Below, in pieces: positions 17,942 through 26,242 of a stretch of 64,000 nt of DNA (the first letter of the stretch is position 1; each line of letters begins with the position of its first letter). A program made the position numbers and the translations under genes. The notes under the pieces were generated by a model. It made no database searches. It saw only the letters and a list, made by a program, of their open reading frames with translations, and was not told the DNA's origin. Source of the DNA: a virus; IMG/VR virus record IMGVR_UViG_3300006077_000002, positions 1 to 64,000 of that record; one strand, 5' to 3'.

Positions 17942-18662
17942 TAAACACTTAACAAAGGTTGCTTTCAATCAGCTTATGCTGATAGAGGAACTTGTTGCTG
18001 AAGATAGGGATAAGTATATTGACCAACTGATTGTTGACAATGGGGTCATTGCCCATATCCTTGCCATCGCTGCAAGTGACCTTGAAGCAGCGATGCCACC
18101 TGAGGTTGGTTATGATGAGCAAGGAGTATGTAATGTAAGTAAGGTGGTTGAAGTATTTCTACAGGCTGCATTACATACCCAGATTCAAGATGTGGACTTT
18201 AATGATAGGGAAGTATTATTGTTCTCAGTCCTAAGTTCAAGTACTATGCTTGGAATATCTGCAAGGAAGCTGGCATATAACAGTATGTTACCAGAAGTTC
18301 ATGTAAGTATTCCTTATCTCTTGGCAGGAAGGTCACAGCCTACTCCAAGTAGAGAAGTACTAACTTGTGGTGTATGCCGTAGGAAGCTTAGGTCAGTATC
18401 TTCCGATGAAGGAACATGTACTTCATGTAAGGGGCTACTAGCTTCATACACAGCGTATCGTAATAGACCATTCTACCTACCACTAAATAGTCTCAACATT
18501 CCTTACATTGGTAAAGAGAAAGAGTACGAGAAAGTAGAGTATGTATATGAAGAATGGCTATTCCTTAGCGAAGCTTTAGGAATTACAGCAGAACCTGTTG
18601 TCCCAACTGACGGACGACAACCAACTTTAGAAATAAAAGAATACCAAAAGCCTATACATTAA
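17934..18662 (+). CDS. Hypothetical protein with Zn finger
   Basis: CGVC...CTSC. Confidence 0.65.
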   Translation: MSDKHLTKVAFNQLMLIEELVAEDRDKYIDQLIVDNGVIAHILAIAASDLEAAMPPEVGYDEQGVCNVSKVVEVFLQAALHTQIQDVDFNDREVLLFSVLSSSTMLGISARKLAYNSMLPEVHVSIPYLLAGRSQPTPSREVLTCGVCRRKLRSVSSDEGTCTSCKGLLASYTAYRNRPFYLPLNSLNIPYIGKEKEYEKVEYVYEEWLFLSEALGITAEPVVPTDGRQPTLEIKEYQKPIH

Positions 18663-18691
18663 GCAAGCTCTAAGTATGTTTATGGTATAAT
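18659..18691 (+). promoter_or_regulatory. Sigma70-type promoter upstream of SSB
   Basis: TTAAGCAAGCTCTAAGTATGTTTATGGTATAAT (extended -10 TGnTATAAT). Confidence 0.75.
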
Positions 18692-18815
18692 AGCGGTACA
18701 TTAAGAAAGAAAGGTAAGAATGACATAGCAATTAAAACAACAACGGCGGTAGAAACAATAGGTTAATAGTTCAACAATAAACAAACAATAACAATAATCA
18801 ATAAAGGATTAAAAT

Positions 18816-19403
18816 ATGGCAAAGCCAACATCAGCAAAACTAGGTAAATTCGTAACAGCAGCAGGACGTGCATTATTCTGTGGAGGAAATACTCCATCTC
18901 ACTTCGACGCAACAAAGATTGAAGGAACAGTAATTCTTGACCAAGAAGGGCGTGACGCATTCCAAGAGTGGTTAGACCTTAACCTACCAGAAGCTTTGAA
19001 AGCAACAGGTATTAAGGCATCTCAACTAAATAACATCTTTAAAGAAGATACAGACCGTGATGGAAACCCAACAGGTAACTACCGTGTTAAAGCTAAGACT
19101 AAGCTAGAGTTTGGTCAGAAGTTCTATGATGGTTCAGGTAACGAGTTCAAGCCAGATGGTGAGTTCAAGATTCCAAATGGTTCTACAATTCAGATGGCTG
19201 TAGGTGTTGAGGTCATGAAGACTGCAACATTTACTGGTCTTGTTCTTCGCCTCAACGGTACTAAGATTCTTGAGTTCCCTTCATACTCAACTGGTCTTGA
19301 GACAGACACAGGAGCAACTGGTGGATTCAGCTATGATGCTGCAGCAACACCTGCACAAGAAGCACCAGAGCAAGAGGCAGACAACTCAGATATTGAGTGG
19401 TAA
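18816..19403 (+). CDS. Single-stranded DNA-binding protein (T7 gp2.5-like)
   Basis: OB-fold-like core (IPNGS...V, LRLNG) and acidic tail ending in aromatic residue (EADNSDIEW). Confidence 0.7.
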   Translation: MAKPTSAKLGKFVTAAGRALFCGGNTPSHFDATKIEGTVILDQEGRDAFQEWLDLNLPEALKATGIKASQLNNIFKEDTDRDGNPTGNYRVKAKTKLEFGQKFYDGSGNEFKPDGEFKIPNGSTIQMAVGVEVMKTATFTGLVLRLNGTKILEFPSYSTGLETDTGATGGFSYDAAATPAQEAPEQEADNSDIEW

Positions 19404-19412
19404 GGAGAGAGT

Positions 19413-19715
19413 TTGACCAAAGTCTTTATAAGTCTAGGTCTACAAGAAATCAAGAGCTGCCTTAGAGGCAAGCTTGAGAGGTATGACCTAGCAACAACAC
19501 ACGACCTAGAGTTTGTACAAGAGGTTGAATTAGCTGATATAGTTCTTACTGAAGTTAATTCAATTTACAGATTTGCAGGAACACCAACAGTTGCTCTTAC
19601 AGATAACGAAAGCATTATAGATGAGTATGAGAACGTAGTTAATATAGCTATGTTCCCAACATCAGCCAATGACTTACCAGTTATCCATAGAGCTCTAGTA
19701 AAATGCTTTCAGTAG
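19413..19715 (+). CDS. Hypothetical protein
   Basis: TTG start behind AAGGAG. Confidence 0.65.
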   Translation: MTKVFISLGLQEIKSCLRGKLERYDLATTHDLEFVQEVELADIVLTEVNSIYRFAGTPTVALTDNESIIDEYENVVNIAMFPTSANDLPVIHRALVKCFQ

Positions 19716-20635
19716 TATTTGCTGACATACACATTAACACAAGTAAATATCCAGACTATGAAGAGCGAAAAGTTTCTTTAATTAGAAAAGCAATTAAAGA
19801 ATCTAAAGCAGATAAAGTAGTATTTGCAGGAGACATATTTGACCGTAACCGTCCAAGTATGGAAGACATAAGATTGTTCTATCAATTAGTAGAAGGACTA
19901 CATAAGCCTATCCATATAATTGCTGGAAACCATGACCACACTACATTTGAGTTCTTACCTCAAACATCATTTACATATCACTCAGAAATTACAGTGATGG
20001 AAGATGGTGTGGTTTATATTCCTTGGACAAATATTCATGATAACTTCCCTGATGGTATAATATGCTACAGTCATGCAAGATGTAATGTACCACCACACAT
20101 TGTTGAAGAGGTAAACATTCAGAAATTCTCTGATAGATATTCTCTCACTATCCTTGGAGACATCCACTCTCCTATGGCACCCTTTGATAATGTTGTATAT
20201 ACATCAAGCCCTGTACCAATACACTTTAAAGCCTATCAGAAAAATACTTCAGGTTATTTGCTTGTAGATGAAACTTCAGCAACTTACACAAGGAAATATA
20301 TCAATGGTCTGGCAAAAATAAAGATAGTCACATCTGCATTAAAGCTTGGAGATACACTAAATAACCTTAGAACTAAGGGTGCCGTAGGTAACTTATATAA
20401 AGTAGTTGTAGAAGACTACCCAGAGAAGCTTGCTGGTATTCAAAAATGGGCAACTAAATCAATACGTATAGAGCCTAAAGTTCTTCTTAGAAAAGAAGAG
20501 GTATACGACAAGGTTAAAGAAGTGCTAGACCAGTCACTATCTATAGAAGAAGTACTATATGACTATCTGAAAGATAACTATAAGTACTTCAGTGTTGATA
20601 TGGAAAATGAACTTAAAAGGAACATTCACGAATGA
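19703..20635 (+). CDS. SbcD/Mre11-like nuclease
   Basis: ADIH, AGDIFD, GNHD, SHAR, LGDIH. Confidence 0.9.
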   Translation: MLSVVFADIHINTSKYPDYEERKVSLIRKAIKESKADKVVFAGDIFDRNRPSMEDIRLFYQLVEGLHKPIHIIAGNHDHTTFEFLPQTSFTYHSEITVMEDGVVYIPWTNIHDNFPDGIICYSHARCNVPPHIVEEVNIQKFSDRYSLTILGDIHSPMAPFDNVVYTSSPVPIHFKAYQKNTSGYLLVDETSATYTRKYINGLAKIKIVTSALKLGDTLNNLRTKGAVGNLYKVVVEDYPEKLAGIQKWATKSIRIEPKVLLRKEEVYDKVKEVLDQSLSIEEVLYDYLKDNYKYFSVDMENELKRNIHE

Positions 20636-21033
20636 TTGGATGGAAATATAAACGAAAACTTTACAAAACAACTCCAGAGGAGTACGAAGCTTTCGTTTAT
20701 CTCCTTGAGTTTGAAGATGGTACTAAGTACATTGGAAAGAAAGTTTTTTATAGTATACGAAGAGTAAAAGTAAAAGGCAAGATGCGACGCCGAGTCGTCA
20801 AAAAAGATTCAGACTGGAAGACATACCTATCCTCGTCTGAAGTAGTTAAGAAGAAGTTAGAAGATGGGCATAAGCTTAAACGTCGTGACATAATTCATTT
20901 ATGTGAAACACGAGGTGAAGCTACATACCTAGAGGTTAAAGAGATGTTTGTCCGTGATGTACTATGTGACAGCATATATCTAAACCTAAATATTCTTGCT
21001 AAGTTCTTCCACGGCTACTGCAAAGGAACCTAA
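20632..21033 (+). CDS. GIY-YIG-type endonuclease
   Basis: FVY...YIGKK, SDWKTYLSS, YLE, YLN.NI. Confidence 0.8.
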   Translation: MIGWKYKRKLYKTTPEEYEAFVYLLEFEDGTKYIGKKVFYSIRRVKVKGKMRRRVVKKDSDWKTYLSSSEVVKKKLEDGHKLKRRDIIHLCETRGEATYLEVKEMFVRDVLCDSIYLNLNILAKFFHGYCKGT

Positions 21034-22277
21034 TGAACCAACTAGATAGATTAAAGAAATCACTTGAAGAAAGCTATGGCATTAACATAGATGATTTTCT
21101 AGTGCAATACACAGATGGAATTACAAAAGAGGAGATGATGGCAATACATAATTGTACATCATTCAAACTAAGACAGATTGCAAGTACACTAAACCTTCGA
21201 TGGGCATCAAGATATCGTGCAAGTGATTATCAATTAATGCTGACTCGTGAAGATTCAGACACAACAGGAATGGCAGATGAGATTATTAAACTACAAGAAG
21301 ATGTGGTGGCATATGAACATGAGCTTGGCCTACGTGACAGAGCATTGGTTAGAACCCGAAGAGAAGCAAATCGTCTGCGTAAAACCATGCGAGAGGAAGC
21401 TGTAGAGGATGTTATCACAGGTATCGTTGCTGATGCAGTGGCAGACCTTAAGAATGTTAAGGGTAAGCTAGTCCCTACCCCAGCTCCAACAATGGATGGT
21501 ACAGACTTCATTCTGTTATCTGATATTCATGCAGGAGCTACAGTTGTTGAAGGTGATGTTCCAGATAACCAATTCAGTTGGGAGATAATGGAAAGAAGAT
21601 TATCACAACTGTTTATGCAAGCAGCGGCTAACCTTAAGAATAACCATCTACACCTCTACCTACTTGGTGATATGGTTGATGGTATTATTCATGACTCTCT
21701 TGAGTCTGCAGATAAAAGTCCTGCAGAAGCAGTTAAAGATTTGGCAGCTTTGCTGAGTGCCTACATCTTAGCATTTGTGGATGCCTACGAAACTGTTAGT
21801 GTATACTGTCTTAACGGTAATCATTCAAGACTCTCAGAGAATATCAAACGTAATGCAAAAGGTTTTGACCTTGAGTTCTTACTCTATTCAATTATGGAGG
21901 CTCAACTAGGTTCAGCAGTAAGTCATTTTGAGTTATCAACAACAGGTATGATAGCAGCTGAGGTAGGCGTAGGAGTATTTGCAGGTCTTCACCACGGAGA
22001 TAACTTCAGAGGCTCTGGAGGGATGACTCGTGACCTACAAATTCAAGAACGCTTCCGACAGATAGGACAAGACGTAAGTCACTTGATTCAAGGACACACT
22101 CATATCTATGAGAGCCGTGTCATGAATACAGGAGGCTTTGCAATTACCAATGGTTCTGTAATAGGAACCAACGGTTATGTACATACATCAGGACTCATAC
22201 CAGTACCAGCAGTTCAGGTACTTGGTTCATGGGACTTAGACGGTCAATTAGACTCAATCACACCAGTTATTTTATAA
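21033..22277 (+). CDS. Metallophosphoesterase with N-terminal coiled coil (T5 A1-like architecture)
   Basis: SDIHAG, LGDMVDGIIH, GNHSR, HHGD, GHTH, NGS..G. Confidence 0.7.
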   Translation: MNQLDRLKKSLEESYGINIDDFLVQYTDGITKEEMMAIHNCTSFKLRQIASTLNLRWASRYRASDYQLMLTREDSDTTGMADEIIKLQEDVVAYEHELGLRDRALVRTRREANRLRKTMREEAVEDVITGIVADAVADLKNVKGKLVPTPAPTMDGTDFILLSDIHAGATVVEGDVPDNQFSWEIMERRLSQLFMQAAANLKNNHLHLYLLGDMVDGIIHDSLESADKSPAEAVKDLAALLSAYILAFVDAYETVSVYCLNGNHSRLSENIKRNAKGFDLEFLLYSIMEAQLGSAVSHFELSTTGMIAAEVGVGVFAGLHHGDNFRGSGGMTRDLQIQERFRQIGQDVSHLIQGHTHIYESRVMNTGGFAITNGSVIGTNGYVHTSGLIPVPAVQVLGSWDLDGQLDSITPVIL

Positions 22278-22299
22278 CTGCACACAAAAGGAATTTAAA

Positions 22300-22593
22300 A
22301 TGGTAGCATGGAAAAAATTACACAAAGCAGACTCACTTGGAGAGTATGTAGAAAAGATGTCAGAAGAGCAGTTTATGGCGTTCTCAATTGGAGACGTACT
22401 TGATTACTCCACGTTCTTAATTATGCAGTCAAACTTTAACATTGACAAACTAGCAATTAACAGAGAAAAGTTTAGTAAGCCCAGCGTAGTTGCAGAGCTT
22501 GTTTATAAGAAGTTTAAAGGTGATAAGGCAGCTATGGAAGCATTCATTGAGTCATTCAATGAGTATGGGCAAGATGCTGAAGCTGCAGAGTAA
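22300..22593 (+). CDS. Hypothetical protein
   Basis: AAGGA RBS; ORF track. Confidence 0.65.
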   Translation: MVAWKKLHKADSLGEYVEKMSEEQFMAFSIGDVLDYSTFLIMQSNFNIDKLAINREKFSKPSVVAELVYKKFKGDKAAMEAFIESFNEYGQDAEAAE

Positions 22594-22742
22594 TGGAAAA
22601 GGCTAGAGAGAAACTTCAAACTAAACTAGACAAGGTTGATGCCTGGCTAGGGAAGACTGGAGAAACAACTAACCAGAATACGTTAGCAATGGTTGGGGTT
22701 GGGATGCTTATTGGAAGTGTCCTTACATCATGGCTGTCGTAG
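22593..22742 (+). CDS. Small membrane protein (49 aa)
   Basis: ATG overlaps the upstream stop; C-terminal hydrophobic LAMVGVGMLIGSVLTSWLS. Confidence 0.5.
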   Translation: MEKAREKLQTKLDKVDAWLGKTGETTNQNTLAMVGVGMLIGSVLTSWLS

Positions 22743-22939
22743 GAGCCTACGAGGCACAAGCTCAAAAGCTTGGTATCACTGTAAAGTTTATGAGGAAAGA
22801 TGAGGTACATCAGGAAGTAGTTCTTGGTGTAACTTTTGTAGATACAGGAAAAAATCCTTATGAACTTAGAGTACCAACCAGGTTTATCAATAGCATGGAA
22901 GATGCCTATAAGGCAGCTCTTCTAGATAGCATGGCTTAA
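22730..22939 (+). CDS. Hypothetical protein
   Basis: Last plus-strand ORF before the convergence point. Confidence 0.55.
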   Translation: MAVVGAYEAQAQKLGITVKFMRKDEVHQEVVLGVTFVDTGKNPYELRVPTRFINSMEDAYKAALLDSMA

Positions 22940-22941
22940 GT

Positions 22942-22961
22942 GGGGGACCCAAAGGTCCTCC
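22942..22961. terminator. Hairpin at the convergence of the two gene blocks
   Basis: GGGGGACC-CAAA-GGTCCTCC between convergent stop codons. Confidence 0.6.
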
Positions 22962-23383
22962 TATAAACGTCTATACGTGTTTAAAGCCCAAGCACCTTCA
23001 CCAGGTTTATGGATGAAATCATAGAACTCTATAATTTCGAGGATGTACTTACAGAGTATAGCTTCGTGATTATCCGAAACGTGTTCCATTAGTAACGCAG
23101 AGGACTTACCAGTCATCGCCATACCACATACTTTCTGCAACTTACTAATCGCTTTCTTCTTACCCTGCAAGGTAGCAAAATTCATTACCAACTCTTCGAG
23201 AACATAGTTCTCAATCAAGTCCAGCTTCAAAGCATAGTAAAAATATGTTGTATAGAAGCGTTCAACGGCTTCCTCTTTATTCTCCAACTCCCAGCCTTCC
23301 CACTTAGGGAAAAACTTTCGGCTGATACCTCTGTACTTACCTTCTTCAATTGAAGAGTATACTTCAAGTGCTCTAACATCCAT
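22961..23383 (-). CDS. Degenerate GH108-like (lysozyme-like) protein
   Basis: KYRGISRKFFPKWEGW...AVERFY..NFA..QG.KKAISKLQ resembles the GH108 core but lacks the EGGY loop. Confidence 0.45.
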   Translation of the reverse strand: MDVRALEVYSSIEEGKYRGISRKFFPKWEGWELENKEEAVERFYTTYFYYALKLDLIENYVLEELVMNFATLQGKKKAISKLQKVCGMAMTGKSSALLMEHVSDNHEAILCKYILEIIEFYDFIHKPGEGAWALNTYRRL

Positions 23384-23398
23384 CTAAAATCCTTTTAA

Positions 23399-23743
23399 TT
23401 ACCAACGTGCCTTCTCAGAACGCACATCAAAATGAGTAAATGTATTATATTTACCAATACCATGAGAGTCTGGAAACATTTCATCCAGAAACTCATAAAC
23501 AATTGAAGGGAGAATACCCTTCACCACTACATCTGCAGCAATACCTCTTACGTGTTTAGACTTAGGTTTACCACCAACATCTTTATTGTGCTTCTCACAT
23601 CTACACGCAGAGTTAATTGTGACAGGAGCATTGAAATGAGCACGCAACATATTTAATATCTGCACAAGCTCAGCATCAACTGCTTCAAATCCACAACCAC
23701 ACTTACAGGCAAATTCATGCCGTTTAAAAAATCCAAAAATCAT
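23399..23743 (-). CDS. Endolysin, peptidase M15 family
   Basis: EFACKCGC, INSACRCEKHN.DVGG..KSKH..G.AAD, FTHFDVR. Confidence 0.9.
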   Translation of the reverse strand: MIFGFFKRHEFACKCGCGFEAVDAELVQILNMLRAHFNAPVTINSACRCEKHNKDVGGKPKSKHVRGIAADVVVKGILPSIVYEFLDEMFPDSHGIGKYNTFTHFDVRSEKARW

Positions 23744-24084
23744 TACTTACCTTTCTTAAAAGCTTTGCATCCAAATAACCTTACTGCCCAGTAATATACC
23801 AGCACCAGTAATCTACGCTCTCTTATAAGAAACCAATCTCCAACAGACACAAGCTCTCTCATATTTTGTAGAAACATTTCATCAGCAAACTTTCTATCTT
23901 CAGAAGTCTTCCCTTCGTCATACATAAAGTCATGTACATTACAAGCCTCAGAAACACTTACACCAAGCAAAGAGTTTGGAATATTAAATCCATCTCTAGC
24001 CCCACAACCATTACAAATTTCTTTGCAGATATCATCAGGGACCATTAAGTAATTCTTAGGGTAGTACATTTGTGAACTCCGCAT
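23743..24084 (-). CDS. PLA2-like / DUF1353-like protein in the lysis cassette
   Basis: CNGCG, ACNVHDFMY, ADEMF, YWAVRLFG. Confidence 0.6.
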   Translation of the reverse strand: MRSSQMYYPKNYLMVPDDICKEICNGCGARDGFNIPNSLLGVSVSEACNVHDFMYDEGKTSEDRKFADEMFLQNMRELVSVGDWFLIRERRLLVLVYYWAVRLFGCKAFKKGK

Positions 24085-24367
24085 TGTATTCTGTTACTTG
24101 TTCTCTATAGTAGTTGTCTGACTTACGCATCATCTTCATCCACTCAAATAATTTATGAGCGTCTTTACCACATATAGAACTATTGTTCTCAGAAGGTTCT
24201 AGGCGTATACACATCTCACTTCCACTCTCAGTAGGTGATAGATATGCTGTAATAGAAATAGGAGCCACCTTATTTATAGGCTTTATCTGAGGACATACAG
24301 TGGGCTCACGCTCACCACACCCACTTAGACTAAATAGTATAAGTGCCAACGCTAATATCTTTAACAT
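24056..24367 (-). CDS. Outer-membrane lipoprotein spanin (o-spanin)
   Basis: Signal peptide with lipobox LSGC; Pro-rich; overlaps the i-spanin. Confidence 0.75.
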   Translation of the reverse strand: MLKILALALILFSLSGCGEREPTVCPQIKPINKVAPISITAYLSPTESGSEMCIRLEPSENNSSICGKDAHKLFEWMKMMRKSDNYYREQVTEYNAEFTNVLP

Positions 24368-24560
24368 CTTGTGCCTCCGCTTTAGCTGCAGCTTCTACGT
24401 TCTGCTTTTCAAAGTCTTGTGCTTTGTCTTTTGCTTCATGGTACTCAACGTCACTCTCTAGTTTATCTATCTTCATACCACGATACTTAAATACTGCGGC
24501 AAATCCTGCCACAACTATAGCTACAAACGCATAGAAGTAAACTTTAAATTGGTCAAACAT
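24330..24560 (-). CDS. Inner-membrane spanin (i-spanin)
   Basis: N-terminal TM helix followed by a coiled coil. Confidence 0.7.
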   Translation of the reverse strand: MFDQFKVYFYAFVAIVVAGFAAVFKYRGMKIDKLESDVEYHEAKDKAQDFEKQNVEAAAKAEAQDVKDISVGTYTI

Positions 24561-24766
24561 TATGTACCCTTTGGGGTTGTTGCAAAGTTACCAATGATTA
24601 ACGCCGAGAATGTAGCAGCACTGGTTGCAAATATTCCAGCAGCAGGACTTGGGTCAACACCATATAGTAGAAGCCCAAGGGATGCTGCTGGTATAATACA
24701 CATCATCGCAAATGCTGCGGCAACGTACCTACGTCGTGCCTGTATCTTATCATTTAGAGTTGTCAT
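24560..24766 (-). CDS. Holin (2 TM)
   Basis: 68 aa with two hydrophobic helices, upstream of spanins and endolysin. Confidence 0.6.
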   Translation of the reverse strand: MTTLNDKIQARRRYVAAAFAMMCIIPAASLGLLLYGVDPSPAAGIFATSAATFSALIIGNFATTPKGT

Positions 24767-25298
24767 AATTTTCCTTTATTGAGATTTTCATCTCTTGTAG
24801 AGATTGTTCAGCATGGCTGATATTCTGCTTATTAGCAATAACAATTTCCTTAATCTCAGTAACATCGTCATGAATACTTGAGGCGTCCTCTTGAGTGGAG
24901 GTAAATAATGTCATAATTACTGTGGCTATAACACTTATGGAAGCAAAGTTAATTGTTATAGCAAGACCTAAGCCCCACTTTAATCTAGCATCTCCACGCT
25001 TATCAATCTTAGTATCTATCTCTTCCATTTCTTTCCTAAAACTATTCAAAGCATTTTCAGTCCTATCATAATTACGTGCATGATTAGCAACAGAAGCTGC
25101 TGACTCACGAGCCAACGCCTCTCTTACCTCAATGAGGCTTTCCGCATTTCTTAAGGTACGGTCAGCAATTACATTGTAATCACCCATAGTTTCTGTAAGA
25201 GTTTTAACTGAGTTAGCCAGAGACTCAACACTAACTTCCATTCTACCAAGATTATTTTCAATGTCTCTTAGCCTCATTTCGTCAGTTTCATTGGTCAT
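24750..25298 (-). CDS. Coiled-coil membrane protein (lysis-region, holin/antiholin-like)
   Basis: Coiled coil plus one TM segment. Confidence 0.55.
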   Translation of the reverse strand: MTNETDEMRLRDIENNLGRMEVSVESLANSVKTLTETMGDYNVIADRTLRNAESLIEVREALARESAASVANHARNYDRTENALNSFRKEMEEIDTKIDKRGDARLKWGLGLAITINFASISVIATVIMTLFTSTQEDASSIHDDVTEIKEIVIANKQNISHAEQSLQEMKISIKENYDNSK

Positions 25299-25837
25299 TA
25301 CATTACTCCCATCTGGAGAATTATACCAGCAAAATCTGGTCTAGTATAGTACACTGTCATAGTTACTACATCCACATGAATCTGTCTTCTAGAAGTACCA
25401 CTATCATTTGAGTATTCCATATGTGCTCCAAAATTAGCATTGTTAATATCAGAGTATGTCCAAGAAGCTCCCCACAAGTCTGTAGGTCCTCCAAAAGTTT
25501 TCCATGTAGGACTTGTTGGAATACCAGAGCCAGTGGCATAGTTACTGCCTTTATGCCCACTTGCTGTATCAAGAAGATATACTTGAGAATCAGAAACATT
25601 TCCACTATTTTCAGAGTAGTGGTATACATCCATCTTGATACCTACTATGGTAGCATCAGACTCAATATTAAAACCATATTGCTGTGGTTGTAGCCATTGT
25701 GTTACATCATTTTTACCTATATCTGATGTTGCATAGTTACCATCTTGAATTCCAGCATAGCTTGGATTACTCCATGCAGTGCCGCCTCCACTACTTTGAA
25801 CTAAAGTAGGATTTCTTGTTGTATTAAAATCAGCCAT
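25298..25837 (-). CDS. Beta-sandwich virion-associated protein
   Basis: G/S/T/W-rich (FGGPTDLWGASW); directly downstream of the fibre genes. Confidence 0.55.
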   Translation of the reverse strand: MADFNTTRNPTLVQSSGGGTAWSNPSYAGIQDGNYATSDIGKNDVTQWLQPQQYGFNIESDATIVGIKMDVYHYSENSGNVSDSQVYLLDTASGHKGSNYATGSGIPTSPTWKTFGGPTDLWGASWTYSDINNANFGAHMEYSNDSGTSRRQIHVDVVTMTVYYTRPDFAGIILQMGVM

Positions 25838-26231
25838 TAGAAAACTCCCATTCACCTTTGCGTTCTATTGTTGGTAAAGTACCTCTAATATTTTCAATGA
25901 TAAGGTATTTACTCTCAGTAGGAACTAATGGCGTATTTTTAAGTTTACGCCACAATAAGAGTATCTGCATATTTCCAACTTTATGCTTAAATAGTATTTC
26001 AATAACCCATGCGTTAATGTCAGGACTGTTATCTTTACCAAGAAGCACTGCGTTATTTAGCATCCAAGATACTGCATATTCATCAGTACTCTCAGCGTCA
26101 ATTTTAGCAATAGCCTCACCGTAAGTGAGGTGCATATAGTCTGAAAAGAAAGCCTCTACATCTGCACAGAAACCTTCTCTTGCGAGTAGAGCTTGCTTTA
26201 TGTAATATAATTCTGTATCTTTAGTAAACAT
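25830..26231 (-). CDS. Hypothetical protein
   Basis: AAGGAGG RBS; ORF track. Confidence 0.65.
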   Translation of the reverse strand: MFTKDTELYYIKQALLAREGFCADVEAFFSDYMHLTYGEAIAKIDAESTDEYAVSWMLNNAVLLGKDNSPDINAWVIEILFKHKVGNMQILLLWRKLKNTPLVPTESKYLIIENIRGTLPTIERKGEWEFSNG

Positions 26232-26242
26232 CTGCTACCTCC

